A stretch of 64,000 nucleotides of DNA from assembly GCF_009914755.1 (NCBI RefSeq), contig NC_060942.1; one strand, written 5' to 3'. This document shows, piece by piece, positions 19,769-33,310 of this stretch. Under the pieces are notes generated by a model. That model did not search any database and was not told the origin of the DNA. It saw only the letters and a list, made by a program, of their open reading frames with translations. Position 1 is the stretch's first letter, and each line of letters starts with the position of its first letter. The translations under genes were made by a program, and so were the position numbers. The stretch comes from the human T2T-CHM13v2.0 reference genome, Homo sapiens.

Positions 19769-22700
19769 AATATTTTTAATAGATAATTTCATATTGCGTT
19801 TCATGACTCTTCTTATTTAGATACACCATGACACTTGTTGCTGGAGGCCTTTAGCTAAACTTGGAATTTCTGTAACCACTGTACATGTTTATTAAATGAT
19901 GCTAGCCCTACCACTTTCCATTCCCCTGCGTCACATGCTTACACAAAGTCAAATTGGCCTGCTATGGTTATCTTAGAAGCCAGCCTTTCACACCCTGCTG
20001 TAGGTATGGTCCCTGAGAAAGTAAGGGCAGACTCTCTTTCCTTTGATAAATTTGTCTATCATCTCTGTCTTAGGAGGAGTGATTTCCTGATTCTATACAT
20101 GTAAGATATTTGTGGAAAGTCACAAACATTACTGGCCAATTCAACATTCTTATTCCGTTTTGGGTGACTTAAACCATACATATTAACACTAGCATTCCTT
20201 AGATGTTGATAGATGAGTAAGAATCAGATTGTGCACTTCATAAGTACAATGGGGTGGTAGTGGTGGGGTGCGGGGGGAGGTTACCAAGAACTACGGATAC
20301 TGCAAAACAAATCCCTTAAGTAAATAGTGGAAAATGATAGTTTATTTTAAGCCCTTTGAAAAGTTGAAAAATGATGCAAAAGGAAAGAACTCGTCTGTTC
20401 TTAGTCAGCTTTTGACCTTTGACTATATAAACATAAGAAACACATGAGCTAGAGCTAGGTAACTAAGCAGGACTTCTCTGCCAGCCAGATGAGCAAAATG
20501 AATCTTCTCATTAAGGTTTATAGAGCACCACTACACAAAACTATCACACTCAATAATTTATTCATGAAGAAGGTGGTTGCTAAGATCTTGGCATTCTCAG
20601 TAACTTTTTATTTTTTAACCTATAAAATGAGGAGATTGGACAAGATGTTTTCTAGTCTTTCCTTCTCTAAAATGTTGATACCAGGACCCACCAAGTCAGG
20701 CTATCTCAGAATCCACACAATAGTTCCTGTCATTCCACTGCTCTCATAGCAAAGCCCCTTATTATCTGGCTTGAAAGTTCTGTCGTATGTCATCTTGCCA
20801 TTAGCACGCAACAATTCACACACATAGTATGCAAGGCCCTGCCAAAAGCATCCACGAAGGACGATGAAAGCCTCCGCACCAACATCATGTGCCTCTGTTA
20901 CTATGCACTGAAATGACCTGGCAGGAAGTGGGCCCCAGAGGAAGAAGGGGAACAACGACTCCTCTAACCTTTATTATCAGAATCTGTTTAGGTTTGTTAT
21001 GTGCCACCTTGACCTTCTAACTGCTCTATAGCAATGCTTATCTTTCATTTCTTTCAGGTGAAAACATACCTCCAAGAAACCCTATTTATGGCAAATTCCT
21101 GTGTAACCTTCAAGTGTTACACGCCCTGTGACATCTGACATCCCCAGTAAGACTTTGGGATTCCTTCCTCTCTAAGTTCCCAATTCATGTTGCACATACA
21201 CTCGTATTATAATCTTTTCCCTGCCAGCATGTAAGGTCTTCCCAGGAAGGGCTATGTCTTTTGCCTTTGTATCTCCAGTGCCCTAGTGCCTGGCATATAA
21301 GAGGAGCTGAACATATATTTGCATAGTAAATGAATAAATGAAAGTCTTTTCTGACCAGTTTCATCCTGCTCCGACCACTCTTTCATTATACAGCTTAGAC
21401 TATTTACATCTCACCACACAAGCATACACAGCAAATGAACCACTGAGATGCAATATGATTTTTCTTAGTCAAGGAAAATTTTAACGTGCAAGAAAATTGA
21501 CTATTTAAAGAAACTTTACATGAATATTTTTGTAACTGGTCAAGGAAGACATGAATTCAAATATTTACAGGGATTTTAAGAAGCAGCCTGAGGGAGGGAG
21601 TCCAGAGCTATTTCTTCTGTCTAGAATGAAAACTGCCCGAAGAGTCTAAGAACTGGCCCATTTCCCTCTTCTCAGCCCACACTCCTCAATACCCTAAATT
21701 CAAACCCGAATAAAAATTAATAGCAATCAAAAGAAGTATACTCTAAAGAGGTTTATATCCACTAAAAAGAAATGAATATAAAAGAGAATTATTCAATTTT
21801 TCACTTTTATTTTTCCTTTATTAGACTATTTCTCAAAATGAACATAGCTTTGTTTTTTCTTACCATAAAGTAGCATGTGTTAATTGAAATAAAATCAGGC
21901 AATACAAAAAGCATAAAGAAAAAAATGAAAATTACCTTTAATGCCATCACTCAGAGAGAACTCTCATTAACATTTTACCTTTCCATATTTTTTCCTATGC
22001 ATATACAGAAAATGTAGTAATGTTATATGTGATGTTTTGTAATCTTTTTTTTATTAAGTTGCCACACATTATGGGCATCTTTTCTTTACAATAAATATTT
22101 TCATTATTATTTTTAAATCTGCAGAGCAATATCCCATTGTATGGCTGTACTGTTATTTAATAAATTCTCTACCGATGTCATTTATATAGCTTCCAGGTTT
22201 TCAGTATTACAAATAACACCATGATAAACATTTTTGTATACTTTTTCAGTTACTTCCTTAGGATAAATTCATATTAAGAAACCGAACACATATTGCCAAA
22301 TTACCCTCTCCAGAGGCTGATCTTATCACACTCCTACCATCACCAATGAGAGCATGTAGCTCCACACATTACCAACAACAGTGATCAGCAATTTGCAAAT
22401 CTATCAGGCAAGAATTACATTCATTGTTGTTTAATTACTTTGACTACTTGCTAGGGAAGCATGGATCAAATTCTGATAGAAAATTTCACTTCAGCTGCAG
22501 AAGCTGCTAGGATCAGTCCCATGTTGGGGAAGTAACGAGCGATGTGAATCTGATAATGGCTTAGGTGACGTTCTGCTTATATTATTTTTTTAAAACAATC
22601 TGTTCTTGAAGTCTATGTAATTAAGTTACTGGCTGTTTTGATTTTCATTTTCCCTTTTGGTCTCGAATATGCAAGAATAACTTGAGAAGAATCTGAAAGA

Positions 22701-24483
22701 ATCATGCAGAACTCACTCGCTAACCTCACGTCCCCCCTCACCTCAATGTGAAATGGGTCTAACACTTCAGTTTACCAATGTGACCGGATCATTCTTCTTT
22801 ACATGCTCCAATTTCCTGCTGGAAATACTTCTCTCTCTCTCTGTCTCTCACCCAGCAGTAACCTTATCCCATTTTTCCCTTCCATTGAGTTTTGACTTTA
22901 TACCAACTGGCTCCCTTTCCCTGCAAAGCAGGACTGGGCCTGCAGCTCACATTTTTCATTAGAAAACCCAGCAAGGCAGGCACGTCAGTATTGTTATGTG
23001 AGGGCATGCTGAGAGCCAGAGTGCACGATCTACCTGTGGCTGCTTTAATAAGTAGGATGTGACTTAGGAGTTAATCACAATTTAGAAAGCCTGACTAAAG
23101 TGTTCCATAGATGGAGCAGACAAGTTGTTAGATACTGAAAAAAAAACAAAAAACAAAAACAAAAACCCAAAGCTTTTCTGAACTCTTACTGTGTACCAGG
23201 CACCATGTTCATCATTTTCCATAAACTGAATGATTTAATGTTCTAATTATACTTTCAGAAACTGAGAACCAAAGCTTCACAAAGGCGAGTAAGTGACGAG
23301 GTCAGAATTCAAATCCAATTACAAAGCTCATGATTTTCATTACACCACGTCCTTGATAGTGCCTATGTGTGATGGTTTAAATGGCTAAGAAATCAAGAAT
23401 GAGAGAGTCAAAGTTCCCACATTTGGTCATCCCTGTAGACTTTATTCTAGCTCCCCCAGCCTCCAGTCCCTCACTCCCCACCCCCAACACCCACACATTC
23501 TTTATTTAATGGCTTGACCACTATAGTAGGGCCAATTTCCCTGGGCTTATGGTACTAGTGCCAACTTAGAATAGTGGAATATATCAAACCAGGCAGCCAT
23601 GATGTTCACTATGGGTTCATTACATAATCAAGCCAATTTCAATCAAGCTTGTAGGGTTAGGTCAGTAACTTGAAATCATCGATGTCCATGCTGGTCTGTG
23701 TCCAGAAATAATGACTTTGATAGTGGGAGGAAGAAGAGGAATTTTCCAAACAGCCCCCACAATTCTATCCTAAGGACTCTGAGAATAGTTGATTGCACAT
23801 GAGGCTACTTTATAAGTGGAGTGGCTCCAGAAATTAACTTACGTTACTGGGTGTAAAAGATATCCATTCTGACATTCTCACTTAATAAATATTTGGGCTA
23901 AGGATAAGCCAAAGTCATGCTGGACACTAACAAGTCTTTTGACTTGGTGAACAGTGTGGTGCCACACTTACTGGCAGTTGAATTGAAATAAAGTTGAATT
24001 GAACTAAAAGCATCTTACTTTCTGTAACATCTTCAAGAAGGTGTTAACAGGTTAGACACTCCCTTAGCACACATCCTTAATGTTTTAAACATTACTCTTT
24101 GCACTTTTTGGTTCTGTTCCTAGGTAATAGAAATTGGGGGCACCTGGTAAGTCCTTGATTAGTGTCAGGCACCAGTGGGATATACACTTTCTCTATAGGT
24201 CATGAACTCAAAAAGACGGTGGTCTACTGTGGATGATCCCGTTAGTTGCCTACCTAGATTTACTTCTTCAGCCCCTTCCTTGCTGGCAGAGCTATTTTGT
24301 TCAGGAGCTAATGGGCCCCAAACTAGCCCTTCCATTCTCCTTTCTGATTAGTGGCTTAATTATCTTAATATTGTAATGTTCTATTCTGATGATGGTGATG
24401 ATGATGATGAAGGCTAACACTTACTAAGCATTTACTCTGTGCTAGGTACTTTTTAAAGAACTTTAAAAGGTATCAACTCATTT

Positions 24484-25099
24484 CGATACAGGAGTTAAGA
24501 AGAAATTGCTTAGGCAGATAGTGAGGGTATGGGAGTCCTCAGTAAGGTTTCCCTTTTAATAAAAAGCAGCCGCCAATCATTTTCTTTTCTAACAAAGAGC
24601 AGCCTGTAAAATCGAGCTGCAGACAGACAAGCAAACTAGAAGCTTGCACAGGTGAATTCTGGCAGTTGTGCCCATAGGAATATACTACCTGGGATGAGGC
24701 ATGTTCAAAGTGGCGGCCCCATCTTCTCTTTTTGCCAGCAACGTGTACAGTAAGGAGCAGACTAGATGGCACTGCCCAAGTGGAAAGCCCATTTGTATAA
24801 TAAGATTAGGGTTGGGAGACCAGCCTTCCCCTTGCTACATAAACGTTACACCTGGTCAAACCAATCTGTGAGCCCTACATAAATCAGACACTGCCTCCTC
24901 AAACCTGCTTATAAAATCTGCTGTGGTCCGCCCATGCCCCTTTTTTCAGACGTCTTACAAGGAGCTGCTCTCCTCTCCCCTTTCTTCTGGCTATTAAACT
25001 TTCCGCTCCTTAACCCACCCACATGTGTCCCTTTCCTTAATCCTCTTGGCAGGAGATGCTGAACCCTGGATATTTACTCCAGACGGTGATGCCACTTCA
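24484..25099 (+). mobile_element. ERV1 solo LTR (LTR9/MER61-like)
   Basis: Starts (C/T)GATACAGGAGTTAAGAAGAAAT; TATAAAA ~24910; ATTAAA ~24993; ends CTTCA; 4-bp TSD ATTT. Confidence 0.8.
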
Positions 25100-25109
25100 A
25101 TTTCATTCT

Positions 25110-25700
25110 TGTAAACCAAAAGAGATAGTTCTCAATCAATGTAGAAAGTTTATTTTGCCAAGCTTAAGGACGCACCCTGACATAGCCTCAGGAGGTCCTG
25201 CCGACCTGTGCCCAAGGTGGTTGGGGTACATCTTGCTTTTATACATTTTAGGGAGACATGAGACATCAATCAATATGTGTAAGATGTACATCTGTTCACT
25301 TCGGTAAGGCGAGACAACTTGAGGGAGAGCTTCCAAATCCTAAGTAGATAAGAGACAGAAGGTTGCATTCTTTTGAGTCCTTGATCAGCCCTCCACTGAA
25401 TACAAAATTTAGTCTGGCTCAGTGCATTTGCATTTTTACATGAACAATAGGGCAGAGAAAGCAATCAGATATGCTCTTGTCTCACGCGAGCCTCAGAGGG
25501 ATGACATCGAGATCTGTCTGTACTTTGTCCGTAAGGAATTTTCTTGTGGGCAAATTGTGAGGGAGGTATGTAGCTTTTTATCTTTGTAGCTATCTTATTT
25601 AGGAAAAAAATGGGAGGTAGGTTTACCTGACATAGTTCCCAGCTTGTCTTTTCCCTTGGCTTAGTGATTTGGGGGTCCCGAGATTTATTTTCCTTTCACA
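25110..25700 (-). mobile_element. MER4A-type ERV1 solo LTR
   Basis: Reverse complement begins TGTGAAAGGAAAATAAATCTCGGGACCCC; TG..CA ends; 4-bp TSD TTCT. Confidence 0.85.
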
Positions 25701-25844
25701 TTCTCCTAATAAAGCCATGAGGAAGGTACCATTATTAAACCAAAGCCCAGAGAGACTAACTTGCCTAAAGTCACGCAGCTAGAAAGCAGCAGCTGAACCC
25801 CCGTAGTCTGATTCTAGAGTATTCCCTCTTAACCACTATGTCTT

Positions 25845-26182
25845 GTAAGCCAATGAGACAAGAAGGCTGCTGGAGGAACATCTGGGACACTTTAGAGGTA
25901 AGAGTTCTTTTTCTTCTTTGGAATGTTGTCATTTGTACATGATACTTGGAACTGCTGCAGATATCTTGTGTCTATAATAGGAGTCACGGCTGAGTATGTT
26001 GGAGTAAAAAGATGGAAGCCACTAAACATTTTGAAGACATCCTTGAGCAAGGTTGAATTAACTAACCTTGGAGCTACTCTACCTCTGGAATTGTTTTTCA
26101 TGTGAGAAAATGAACCCAGTATCCTTTAATCTACTTGTTAGAACTCCTGTTACTTGTAGCGAAAAGCACTCTCACCGATACA
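25845..26182 (+). mobile_element. Old MLT1 (ERVL-MaLR) LTR, 3' part
   Basis: Ends GTTACTTGTAGCGAAAAGCACTCTCACCGATACA, a typical MLT1 terminus. Confidence 0.6.
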
Positions 26183-26579
26183 CATAGAAACAAGCATAAT
26201 TCTGACCTAAGACAAATAGAAATGAGCATAATTCTAACCCTTTTAGGTAGGCAGAATATTTGCACTATGGGCAAGATTTTCATTCAGACAACAAATATTT
26301 ATTGAATGCCTTCTACTTGCCAAGTATAGTGCAAGTTGCTGAACCAAACAATATAGGAAGGGCAGGTTTCTCCATCCATGGAGGTTATAATCTGGTCGTA
26401 AATGTAGTAGTGAAAGTGCGGGCAGGCATATTTTGGGACGGTATCTTGAGGACTAATCTGGATTGGGAGTCAGAGAATGCCCTAATAAAATCCAGTAAAA
26501 GCATGCATTACAGATTCAAAAAGAATCCATATAATGTCTATCTCATCCATCAAGTATTTGTGACATGTTTTGGCTTTAG

Positions 26580-26933
<354 letters not shown>

Positions 26934-27849
26934 AGGTGTATAAGTATTTAGGTAACTTTATAACAAAATACATTTACATTAAGGGCCAGACTGTCTTTTC
27001 CTTTTAAAGGGAAATACTGAAGCTAATTTAGGAGAGGCAAACTAACATAAAATATAAGGCAAAGGAGTGGGAACCAAGGCATTTGGTATCTATTTCTAGC
27101 TCACTGGGCAGCAGTCCTCTGTGTCTTGAATTCTGTGATTTGCGAAATATGATTCATAGGGGTTGCAATGGAATATTTCTGAGTTTTTAAACTAATGAGG
27201 GATAAATTTTTAAAATCCCTGTGCTGCTGTGAATGTTCTAGAAATTATTCACAAGTTTATTATAGCAAAGAAAATGGGCAAAAGGAAGGGGGTGGGTACA
27301 GGACGTGACACTCCAGAAAAGAAGGCAGTGACGTAAAAAATCAAGAGGAAGTCCACACCAGGAAATAGTGCTGTGCACATTAGAGCTGTTACTGAATAAA
27401 TACTTGTTGGAATTTCCAGAGATAACCAAACAAACATGAAGAAGGAAGTGGGTTTTTTTTTCAGCTTTATTATGGAAAATATCTAATATGTACAAAAGTA
27501 CCGAGAATAGTAAATAAGAACGACCATGCAGCTTCTATGGCCTTACTTAACGGCCAACTTGCTTTATTTTTCACCTCCCACTCCCCACTATTCTCAAGCA
27601 AATTCCAGACATCATACCATTTAACCCCTAAATATGTCGCACATATCTCTAATGCAAAAGATTGGGAACCAAGACATTTGGTGTCTATGGCTAGCACACT
27701 GGATAGCAGCCCTCTGTGTCTTGAATTCGTAACATGTAGAATAAGATTTATAGTGGGTTGCAACCCGACTTTATTTTTAACTAACAGCAATATAAGAGGA
27801 GGTGGCTAATCCTCACAAGGCTCTCCATGAGGGAAGCTCACCCCTATAA

Positions 27850-28420
27850 ATCCAGGCGGGCGCTTCGTTACCCAGGAGCCCAAGGTGCAGCTCCGGGACG
27901 CTTCTTTTCAAGGCCGGGACCCCTGCAGCGGCCCGTAGGACACCTCCCTTTCCGAGCACGGACTGGTCCCCGCCCCTCCCCCGGGAAGTCTCCGCCCACA
28001 GGGCCCCAGCAGCCCCCGCGCGCCCTCGCTCCCTCCCGTCAGCCCCCGCCCCTCGGCGAAGGGAGCGGCGTGCCGTCCGGGTCGCCTAGGCCTGGGGTCG
28101 GGAGCGCGCACGCTGTGCGCCCTGGGCGCGCTCGGGATTCTCGCCTGGCGCGGCTGGGGAAGGTGAACAGTGTGGCCCGCCATGTTCTTCTCCGCGGCGC
28201 TCCGGGCCCGGGCGGCTGGCCTCACCGCCCACTGGGTAAGGAGGCTCAAGCTGAGCCCGGCGCTGCCGCCGCCCTTCTCTTGCTCTCCGTGTCTCCCTTA
28301 GTTTTGGGCGCAGGAGAGCCCTGGGCTCTGCACGGGCCTGCAGGCGGCGGCAAGGACACTGCGGCCTTAGCCCTCTTAGGGAGGCCGCTGCAGCCCCACC
28401 GTGAGAAGCCCCGAGGGAGG
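27850..28420 (+). promoter_or_regulatory. NDUFV2: CpG-island promoter of NDUFV2
   Basis: Dense CpG and high GC; several GC boxes (CCCCGCCCC ~27968, ~28044); GGAAGT at 27984; YY1-type CCGCCATGTT at 28177-28186. Confidence 0.9.
28182..28235 (+). CDS. NDUFV2: NDUFV2 exon 1 coding part (aa 1-18, start of mitochondrial presequence)
   Basis: GCCATG start; translates MFFSAALRARAAGLTAHW; phase-0 donor GTAAGG at 28236; lies in CpG island. Confidence 0.98.
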
Positions 28421-31051
28421 GTTGCCATACTGGGAAGTGTACTCCTAGTTTGGTCGAGGAGGACAGAAAAGAGGGGCTGCTTGGTGATATATATATATAT
28501 GTTTGTTTGTTTTTGCTGTTTTGCTGTAGCGCAGAATCTAGGCCTGCTCTGGCCAGATCAGTTTCGAAGACCGTCGCTCCGAAGGAGGCACCTCTCGTTT
28601 CAAGCCTAGTGACCTCGATGCTTTTAGGTTGCAGCATACTGGAGAGCTCTGGCTTGCTTCGTGAAGGCTTAGGGAGAACTTCATTAGGGCTGGAAAAGGG
28701 TGGCCAATGTTTGATTTACTGCAGTTGTGCTTTGCATATCGGAAATGCTGGCTAAATAAATGGTATCAAACTAACTCTGAAAGAACGGCGCCGCAAATAA
28801 CAGCACCCAATTAAAGAACCACAGGATTTTAGAGATTAAATGATCTTTTTGAGATCCAAGTACATCTCATGGTAGGCAAGGAAATTGAATTGCAGAGAAG
28901 TTGAAACACTCCTTCACGTTAATCTAAAAATGCAGATTTCCAGAAATGTCGATTATAACAACAGGGCCTGTTACACAAGTAATACTGGAAAGAAGCCTTA
29001 GTTTTGTTTGTTTTCTAAGAGTGAAATAGGTTAAGTCAGTTCTCAGCAAGAGGGAGCTAGTGTATATTCATTGAGAATGAATTCAGGGCTTTAGAGTTAG
29101 ACTCGAGTTTGGATGTTAGCTTAACTGCCTTTTGTGGCTCTATGACTTTGTGCTGTTAATCTTCCTCAGTTTCTTCAGTTGTAAAATGGGAATATTCCTT
29201 TTTACAGAGTTCAGTCTTTCAATAAACATTTGAAGTCTTACTGTACGTCATGCACTGCTGAGCTCTAGTTAACAGTGTGGATAATAATGATAGTCATTTG
29301 ATAACTGTTTTCTGTATGCCAAGCACCGAGTTAAATATCTACATTCCACATCTCATTTTTGAGGCTGGTATTACTTTTTCCTCATATTACAGATAAGGAA
29401 AAGATTTAGACAGTTCCCGTTCTTTTGGAATTGATAGTCTCATGTAAGAGGAACTTTAAGGTTGAGACAATGTAAAAGTACAGTGTTAGAGAGATGAATA
29501 GGGTCATCCAATGTGGTTTCAAGGTGCATAAGATTTTTCCTGAAGGTAATACTAACAGATTGGGCATGGGGTCCGAGGGTATTCTAGGTGGAAAGGACAA
29601 CTTAAAGTCTTGTTGGCAAGAAAAAGATCGGTATGTATGAGAAGCCACCCTCTGCTGTTGGAGGTAAGGTGTGTTCCCAAATGAAATAAGGGAGAGACAG
29701 GGGCCAGATATTGGAGCTCCTGGCGTGCCATACTAAAGAATTTGATTTTAGAGGCCGTCAGGAGTCAGTGAAAGGTTTTAAAGTAGAGGAATAAGATGTG
29801 GTTTCTGTTTTGGATAGGTCACTGGATAGGACTGAGGGTGGAATGGGTTTGATTTGGACCCAGAAACAGGGAGACTAAGTAGATAAGAGGCTCTTGCAGA
29901 ATGCTAGGTGAAAGATGATGAGGATCAGACATGGTAGAAAGAAAAGAAATTAGAGTGCTTGTAGATTTTGTTTCTTTTGTTTTTGAGGCAAAGGGGCTAG
30001 AAGTATAAATTGAAAAGCAGTTTTAATGAAAAAGAACAACTTGAGGTAGTGGAGGACCATTGTAATCCAGGTTTAATGTTTCTGGAACTCTCTTTCTCTC
30101 CCTCCCTCCTTCCTTCCTTCTCTCTCTCCATCCGTCTCCCCTTCTCCCTCCCCCTTCCACCCTCCCCCCTTTTTTAAACAAATAGTACCTGATATGCACT
30201 ATGTACACAATAAATATTTGAGTTGATGAATAAGTTTAATTTTTATTACACACGTCATACGTGTGTAGAAAAAACAATACTGAGACTAGCAAGTAGAGTA
30301 AGCTCAAAAAATAAAAATCATCCATTGTCTTGTCAACCTGGAAATTACCATTGTTAACATTTTGATGTCTACACATAACAGACCTTACAGACAATTTGTT
30401 TCTACAAAAATGGAAAGGTATTTATACTGTTTGGTAGCCTGCTCTTTTGTAATGTATTCTGAACAGCTTTCCTTATCAGTAGACATTTCTATACTGTCAT
30501 TTTAATGCTACATAGCATTCCATTGTGAGGATGTTCTATTACTTATATAACCAGGCCCTTCTAACCTTTCACAAGTAGTGAGATTTCACATTAAACCTAG
30601 CAAGTATCAAGAAAAGTACAAGAAAAGTCTACCTAAGTTCCTTTCCTAAATGAGAAACCTTTAAAGATTATTTACGCTTTCAAAGAAATTGCCTAATCTA
30701 ATTTCTGCTTTGCTAGCTGCCATTCTCTTGACGAGGCTTTTCAGCTCATCATTGCTTAAAATATGGCTAGAATTAAGTATTAGTTTGTGTGATCTTGAGC
30801 CATCTTAATCTCTTTGAGCCTCATTTTTCTTTTCTGTAAACTGAGATAATACCTCATAGGTGATTGTAGTAATTGACTAAAAGTTATAAATTATGGAGTA
30901 ATAGATAATCAGAATAAGTTTATTCCCTTCTTCAGTAATTGCCCATGGTTTTTCTGTAATGTTGATGCCACTTTAGAACTTATCACTGCCTCATTCCCAA
31001 GCTGCTATTGTAGTTTCGAAGGTGAGAGGGTTGTGGTGGCATTTTCAATTA

Positions 31052-31241
31052 CAGATGCTCCTTTACTTACAATGAGATGACATCCTGATTAAACCCATTG
31101 TAAATTGAAAGTATGTAAATTTCAGTTTACAGTGGGGTTATCTGGACTTAATCGAGGAGCATGCTGAATACTTATCATTTTCATACAGTTGTAAAGTTGG
31201 GAATTTGCAAGACAGGCAATTGTAAGTCAGCGACCCATCTG
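31052..31241. mobile_element. TcMar-Tigger MITE (MER47-like)
   Basis: TA TSDs; terminal inverted repeats CAGATG...CATCTG with CTTAC/GTAAG subterminal match. Confidence 0.75.
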
Positions 31242-32077
31242 TATTGTGTATTTTTTCATTCATCGAGGATATTTTCCTTTATGTCTTTAGGCATGATTAT
31301 AGCTGTCCTGAAGTTTGTGTCTGGTAATCTTAGTTGATTTTTTTCTTGAAAATGTGTTTTCCTTTTTTGTTTGTTTCCCATATGTTGAACAATTTTGGAT
31401 TGTATGCTGAATTTTGTGAATGATACGTTGTAGAGGCTCTAGATCCTGTTTTATTCCTCCAAATAGTGTGTTTTGTTGTTGCTATCCATATCCCTTGTGG
31501 GCAGCAGATCAAATATTGGTTCCGTTCTTTTAGCTAGGCTCCTTGGAGTCTGCAGCATGTACATGCATGGTTCAGGGTTCAGCCAGAGATTTCCGTAGAA
31601 TTTATATACAGAATGTATAGGGCTCCCTCCCCCTTTCTGGCTCTTCCTTTTCTAGGATTTCCCACTTTACCATGTCTGTTGTTCCAAACTCTCACTGAGG
31701 CCTGCCTTCAGGCTAAAAGATGTGAAGAAAAAACAAAAACCTCATTGGTTTTTTATGAATGTAGACTCCCCTTCTGTGTCTGCCTGTTTGGTTGTTCCCC
31801 AGTGCCTTCAGAAAGCTTTTGTTTTTATAAAATATTTTGTCCAGAGTTTATAGTTATTATTCAGTGGTTTGCCCTGACAGTGTCTACTTAGCCATACTAG
31901 AAGTATGCCATCTTGTGTGGTGGTACTTTTCCTTCCAAATTTTAAGTTTTGTACAATGAAATGTTTTCCCCATTCCATTAGAGATTCTTAAACTTGATTT
32001 TGTAATGTCCCAGTGTATCTCCATTGTGACTCAAAGGACTCTAAAGAAGTTAATGTAGGAAAAACACCCCAAAACAT

Positions 32078-32565
32078 TTAGTTTTTTATTCCTGCTGTAA
32101 CAAATTTCCACAAAACTTTGTGGCATAAAACATTATATTTTTAACCTTACAGTTCTGTAGGTTAAAAGTGACACAGGTCTCAGTGGGCTAAAATTAAAGT
32201 GTAGCCCGAGCTTCATTCCTTTTTGGAGGCTCTAGAGGTGAATGTCTTTTCTTGGCTTTTCCAGCTTCTAGAGGCTGCTCTTGGCCCCTTCTTTCATCTC
32301 CAAAGCCAGCAAAGGCAAGTCTAGTTCTTATATCACATCACTTCGACCCTCCTTCTGGCATTCATCACATATCCTTCCTTGCCTCTTGGTAAGAACCCTG
32401 TGATTGATGACATTGGGCCCACCTAGATAATCCAGGATAATCTCCCTATTTTAAGGTCGGCTGATTAGCAGCCTTAATTCTCTTTTGTTGTGTAAACTAA
32501 TACTCACAGGTTTCCAGGATTAGGATGTGGTTATCTTTGAGAGACCATTATTCTGCCTGCCATAG
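32078..32565 (-). mobile_element. MLT1C/D-type MaLR LTR
   Basis: ctgctgtaacaaatt..cacaaa, cttacagttctgtagg, tggaggctctagagg, attgggcccacctagataatccaggataatctcc. Confidence 0.75.
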
Positions 32566-33247
32566 CCATAAATTAGCAGTTTAAGGAGAGAGAGAATGAA
32601 CAAACTTTAGTTTATGCAGTGAGGTTCAGTAGGCCACTATTGCAAACTGCAGACTCGGATCTTTTTATTAGAGACTTGAACTCAGTTTCCATTTCAAAGT
32701 AATAAAAAGTTGACTTTCCTTTCTCTTTGGGCACTGTTTAGTACCTTAGTGCTCAGAACATTGAGTAATAAATTACAGGTCTGTTGCCCATGCTGTATAA
32801 CCTATTGAGTGACAGTCAGTCTGATTTTCCAATGAGGAACCTTGTCACTAGTTTTTGAATCAGTTCAGGAAGCATGTTATAAATCAGTTGTAGGAAATGT
32901 CTTTCATTACAAAACATCAAAGACAGTTTACACACATTTTGGTTAGGGGGAAGGTGGCTTTATCTGTCGGATATTTTGCTAGGTGTTACCCCATTTTATG
33001 TGTGAGATATATGAAGATTGCTGGACAAATAAATGCCCAAGATCACACAGTAGTAAGGGCTGGGTTTATTCGCAAGTCCTGTTTTGTTTTGTTTTTAATC
33101 TACCTTTCTGAAGTTGCTCAAACAATTGAAGTTGCTAAGGGAAATCACTATGTATGGTGAAGATTTAAATTTAATAGGCACTCTAATAATAAAAGGTGTA
33201 CCAGTGTAAGCAGACTAGGGAAATGATTTCACTTTGCTTAGGGAAAA

Positions 33248-33310
33248 GAGATGGAGGTTTAGGGGCTTTAAAGGGGTAGGAGATGGAGGTTTAGGGGCTT
33301 TAAAGGGGTA
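33248..33310 (+). repeat. Tandem duplication, 32-bp period
   Basis: GAGATGGAGGTTTAGGGGCTTTAAAGGGGTA x2. Confidence 0.95.

Noticed and set aside
27845-27851. TATAAAT upstream of NDUFV2
   Set aside because: About 330 bp before the ATG, too far from the expected start of a CpG-island promoter; no other support.
27827-28637. 260-aa and overlapping ORFs across the NDUFV2 promoter
   Set aside because: Stop-poor GC-rich CpG island with low-complexity P/R/G/A content; not in the NDUFV2 frame and no recognisable domain.
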